Assembly (NCBI RefSeq): GCF_964204645.1 | Contig: NC_134035.1 | Span: forward strand, 13,424,451 to 13,488,450 | DNA length: 64,000 nt | Source: Tubulanus polymorphus | Taxonomy: Eukaryota; Animalia; Nemertea | Direction: 5' to 3' | Shown: in pieces, positions 60,933-64,000 of the stretch | Numbering within the stretch: position 1 is the first letter of the stretch | Layout of the letters: every line of letters begins with the position of its first letter | Notes under the pieces: generated by a model | Databases searched by the model: none | The model's input: the letters and a program-made list of their open reading frames with translations, nothing else | Told to the model about the DNA's origin: nothing | Made by a program: the position numbers and the translations under genes

Positions 60933-63696
60933 CTAGATAATCGTACAGGTGCGACTATGGTTAGGACCCGTATTGTTATTGAAATACGGACCACAGCCGG
61001 ACGACGATAGATCGACTATCGCCGTTTTACGATGCGAGTCGGTATTCTGTGCTTGCGACTGCGATTCGTCGTCTGTTGTTGTCGCCGGAAGTTCCCGGAT
61101 GCAAGGATGCGACACTACCAGGATGGGTTTCACTTCGCCCGTTATTTTAGAACGAACTGGTGGCGTATCCTGACGGGGGATCGGGTAACTACTGGTCTGC
61201 ATTACCTCAGCTGCTGTATCAGCGTCGTTATGATGAGAAAGGTTTAGGACACTGGTCGCAGCGGCGTTACTTCGAATATCTGTCGCCCCCGAATCAGGAG
61301 TTTCAATTGTTTCTTCCTCGGCCCGTTCGGATCCATATTCGTCACGTGGTATCGTATCAATACTGCTGCTGTATGAGCATGCGCGTTCTTCAGAACTACC
61401 GATAATTCCGCACGATTTAGCAACAGCAGCAGCAGCAGTACCCAGCCTCACGTCCACCGTATCAGATCCTGTCTCCGAGACTGTACTGCACTCGTTAGAA
61501 TCACCGCCGTCGTCACAATAATGACCTTGACATGCGGATCGATCCATCGTGACGTCATCACAGTCGTCACCGACCGTTCCTTCTACCGATCTAGTAAGCA
61601 CCAGTTTGAGTTTGGCCATCGCTTTCAGTTTTGAGTGAACTCCTTCCAGATCGGTCACTGATTGTTTCATCGCCTCGCTCGGGTTAAACAACGCGCTCCC
61701 GAGATTCTCACCATCGATGACGTAACTGCTCGTATTTGATTGGCTGTCTGAGACGTTATCGTTCAGACGTTGTTTTTCTTCGAGCATCGATTGTATTTTC
61801 GGGTCGCTCGGATCCAGTTCGGTTTTACCTTGTAACCAAAACGTTTTCATTACTCCTTTACCCTGCAAATACAAATACGTGTTTATTGATTAAATACTGT
61901 GTGGACCTTGCTATGACTGGGCCTCGATATTGCTAGGTGTACTCAAATGGACCATTCCTCAGTTGGGGCCTTAGATATGACCACGTGGTAGTTATTATGA
62001 CCAGAACAATCTCAGACGCCAAAGCCCCAGCTAGCTATGACTAGGTCGTGGATTCAGTTTGCACAGTCGTTTCTCAAGTACGAAAGTGTTCATCTCAAAT
62101 TCTGTCAAATTGGCTTTAGAAGTATAAAATTGCCATAGAATGGTCTCCAATCTAAGATATGGTTATAAAACTGACTCAACGACTAGCCTTACTTCTGAAT
62201 TCGCTAAAGCCTTACCCTGGTCCCGGTCCCCGGTTCTAAACCCGTAAGATGCTACAGCTAGATACATTTCAATATTACCTTGATTTGAATTGTTCCCCTT
62301 TCCACTACGCTATACGGAAAACCTTCCAGCAAAACTTTAGTAGTTTCTGAAATGTGTATTTTCTGCGATTCGGAGTTGGATTCCATTCTGGACGCGGTGT
62401 TTACAGCGTCTCCGAACAAACAGTATCGAGGCATCTTTAACCCCACAACGCCCGCTACGACTGTACCAGAATGCGCTCCTGAAAATTATACGCCAAAAAT
62501 GTTATGCAAATGTCATCGTTAATCATAACTTATTACACTAATCATATCTAGTTAGACTACTAGCCAAGCGGTTGTGCATGTTTATGGCTTAGATTTAAGA
62601 TACGTTTAAGACCATCTTTGCTGATAGCCAATCTAAAAAAACTTAAAAGAGACATAGTCTAAGTTCATTTTGGTTCTTGAATAGATAATCTTTTGGTGGA
62701 CTGGATAGAAAAAACATTTCAGGACCAGGACCAGCATAAAACCATCTTAGTTCTATAGCCAACCTAACAACAGTCGCCTGTGCAACTAGGATAAGATGGT
62801 CTTGAATATGATAAGGCTTAACTCTACAAATGGTCAGGTCTTTTCAATTTCAAGTTTTCAATTTCCATCATGCAGTAGTTTAGGCAGACTCGTACCGACT
62901 CGAATAGTGATATGCGATCCTGATGATAAATCCATGATTTCCCACATAGTCGATACCATATCTAAACCCATATCACAAATATAACAAGCGTGAAATTTCG
63001 TTACAACCGGCGCACCGGCCGCTACCATATACGCGTCACCGATAGTCTCAACCTGGACAAAAAAAGATGAAAATTTGATAAAAATCTTCTTAATACATCT
63101 ATCAAACTTCAAACCTCACAAATTTTTATTTCATTAACACAAATAAAACCAACAAATGAAGAAAAATGCTGTACGGATTTCGACGTTTCGAGCTTCGACC
63201 AAAATCCTATCAGAATTCATCGATTGGATTTGTTTTGCTATGGGTAGCAGTTTCATAGATTGAGTATCGACGTTAACCCTAGGGGTAAATCCTCAATCTG
63301 GTAATAGTAACAATGAGAAACCATGGTTATAACTGACGAATTTCAAAATATTCCCAAGGCCCGGTTTCACGAACGGGGATTAAGTCCGTAATTTTAATTA
63401 ATTGTCTAATTCGAAATAAGCATTTTTGATTCGAATTATCACCTAATTCGAATCAAAAGTTAATCCCCGTTCGGGAAACCGGGCCCAGGGACTATTTTTC
63501 TCCACATCCATGAAACCCAGCCCTGGTGTGCGGTAGTTATTTCTCATACCTTGTAAACTCGATGTTTTTCGCTGAGTTGGTCGAATTTAGTGTACATCGA
63601 GTTGAGCATGGTGACCACTTGTAACGGGGTAATCTTACTGCAGATCGTCGTAAATCCGACCACGTCACTGAACAGAACAGTCACACATTCAAACGT
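60933..63696 (-). CDS. Atypical soluble guanylate cyclase (Gyc88E/gcy-31-37-like), last 4 exons; 5' part lies beyond the window
   Basis: Exons 63696-63550, 63052-62896, 62478-62279, 61862-60933. Motifs [62 protein letters not shown]; ends CTII-stop. Confidence 0.9.
63358..63486. mobile_element. Harbinger-like MITE
   Basis: GGCCCGGTTTCACGAACGGGGATTAA / TTAATCCCCGTTCGGGAAACCGGGCC. Confidence 0.8.
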
Positions 63697-64000
63697 CTAT
63701 AAACGAATTCAGAAAATATCTCAATTGATGATATTTGATTAACAGTTAATTTTGATAGTTTCGATGATCTTTATAAACAGTTAATTTTGATAGTTTCGAA
63801 AAGTTTTGAATGAATAACTCATCAGAGAAACTACAATGATTTTCATCATTTCATGATTTTCAAAACATCGAAAATGCAAAAAATAAACTGTTACATCATA
63901 TTAGGGATGAGGAGAGAATCCCACAATGATAATAAAAAGTCCGAAAATGAAACTTCGAGACAGTAGTTTATTTCAACGTTTATTTCTCAGTATTCCTGAA

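Overview
AT-rich, intron-rich animal genomic DNA (invertebrate, probably spiralian; the species cannot be determined from sequence alone). Manual splicing with GT-AG sites and consistent phases gives these genes: a 9-exon class I SAM methyltransferase (2700097O09Rik/zgc:109986-like, -), a solitary replication-dependent histone H1 (-), an ID/emc-related HLH gene (+), tRNA-Ser(CGA), LITAF/CDIP1 (-) head-to-head with a 9-exon PNPLA2/brummer lipase (+), a single-CUB membrane protein (+), a small orphan type I membrane protein (-), an intronless peptide-type GPCR (-), and the 3' end of an atypical soluble guanylate cyclase ending in a CAAX box (-). Non-coding DNA holds many MITEs and minisatellites. 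Main observations: (1) a family of ~200-245 bp non-coding fold-back insertions with 11-13 bp target-site duplications, a shared (A)ATCCCAC(A/T)AT arm motif and central Penelope-type minimal hammerhead ribozymes, one copy with two back-to-back ribozymes; (2) four tandem duplications straddling exon/intron donor sites; (3) about ten Su(H)/CSL sites, including a 16-bp-spaced paired site, around the HLH gene; (4) minisatellites derived from MITE parts; (5) tRNA-headed SINE-like elements with TTAGGG-like bodies. All homology calls come from motif recognition, not database searches.
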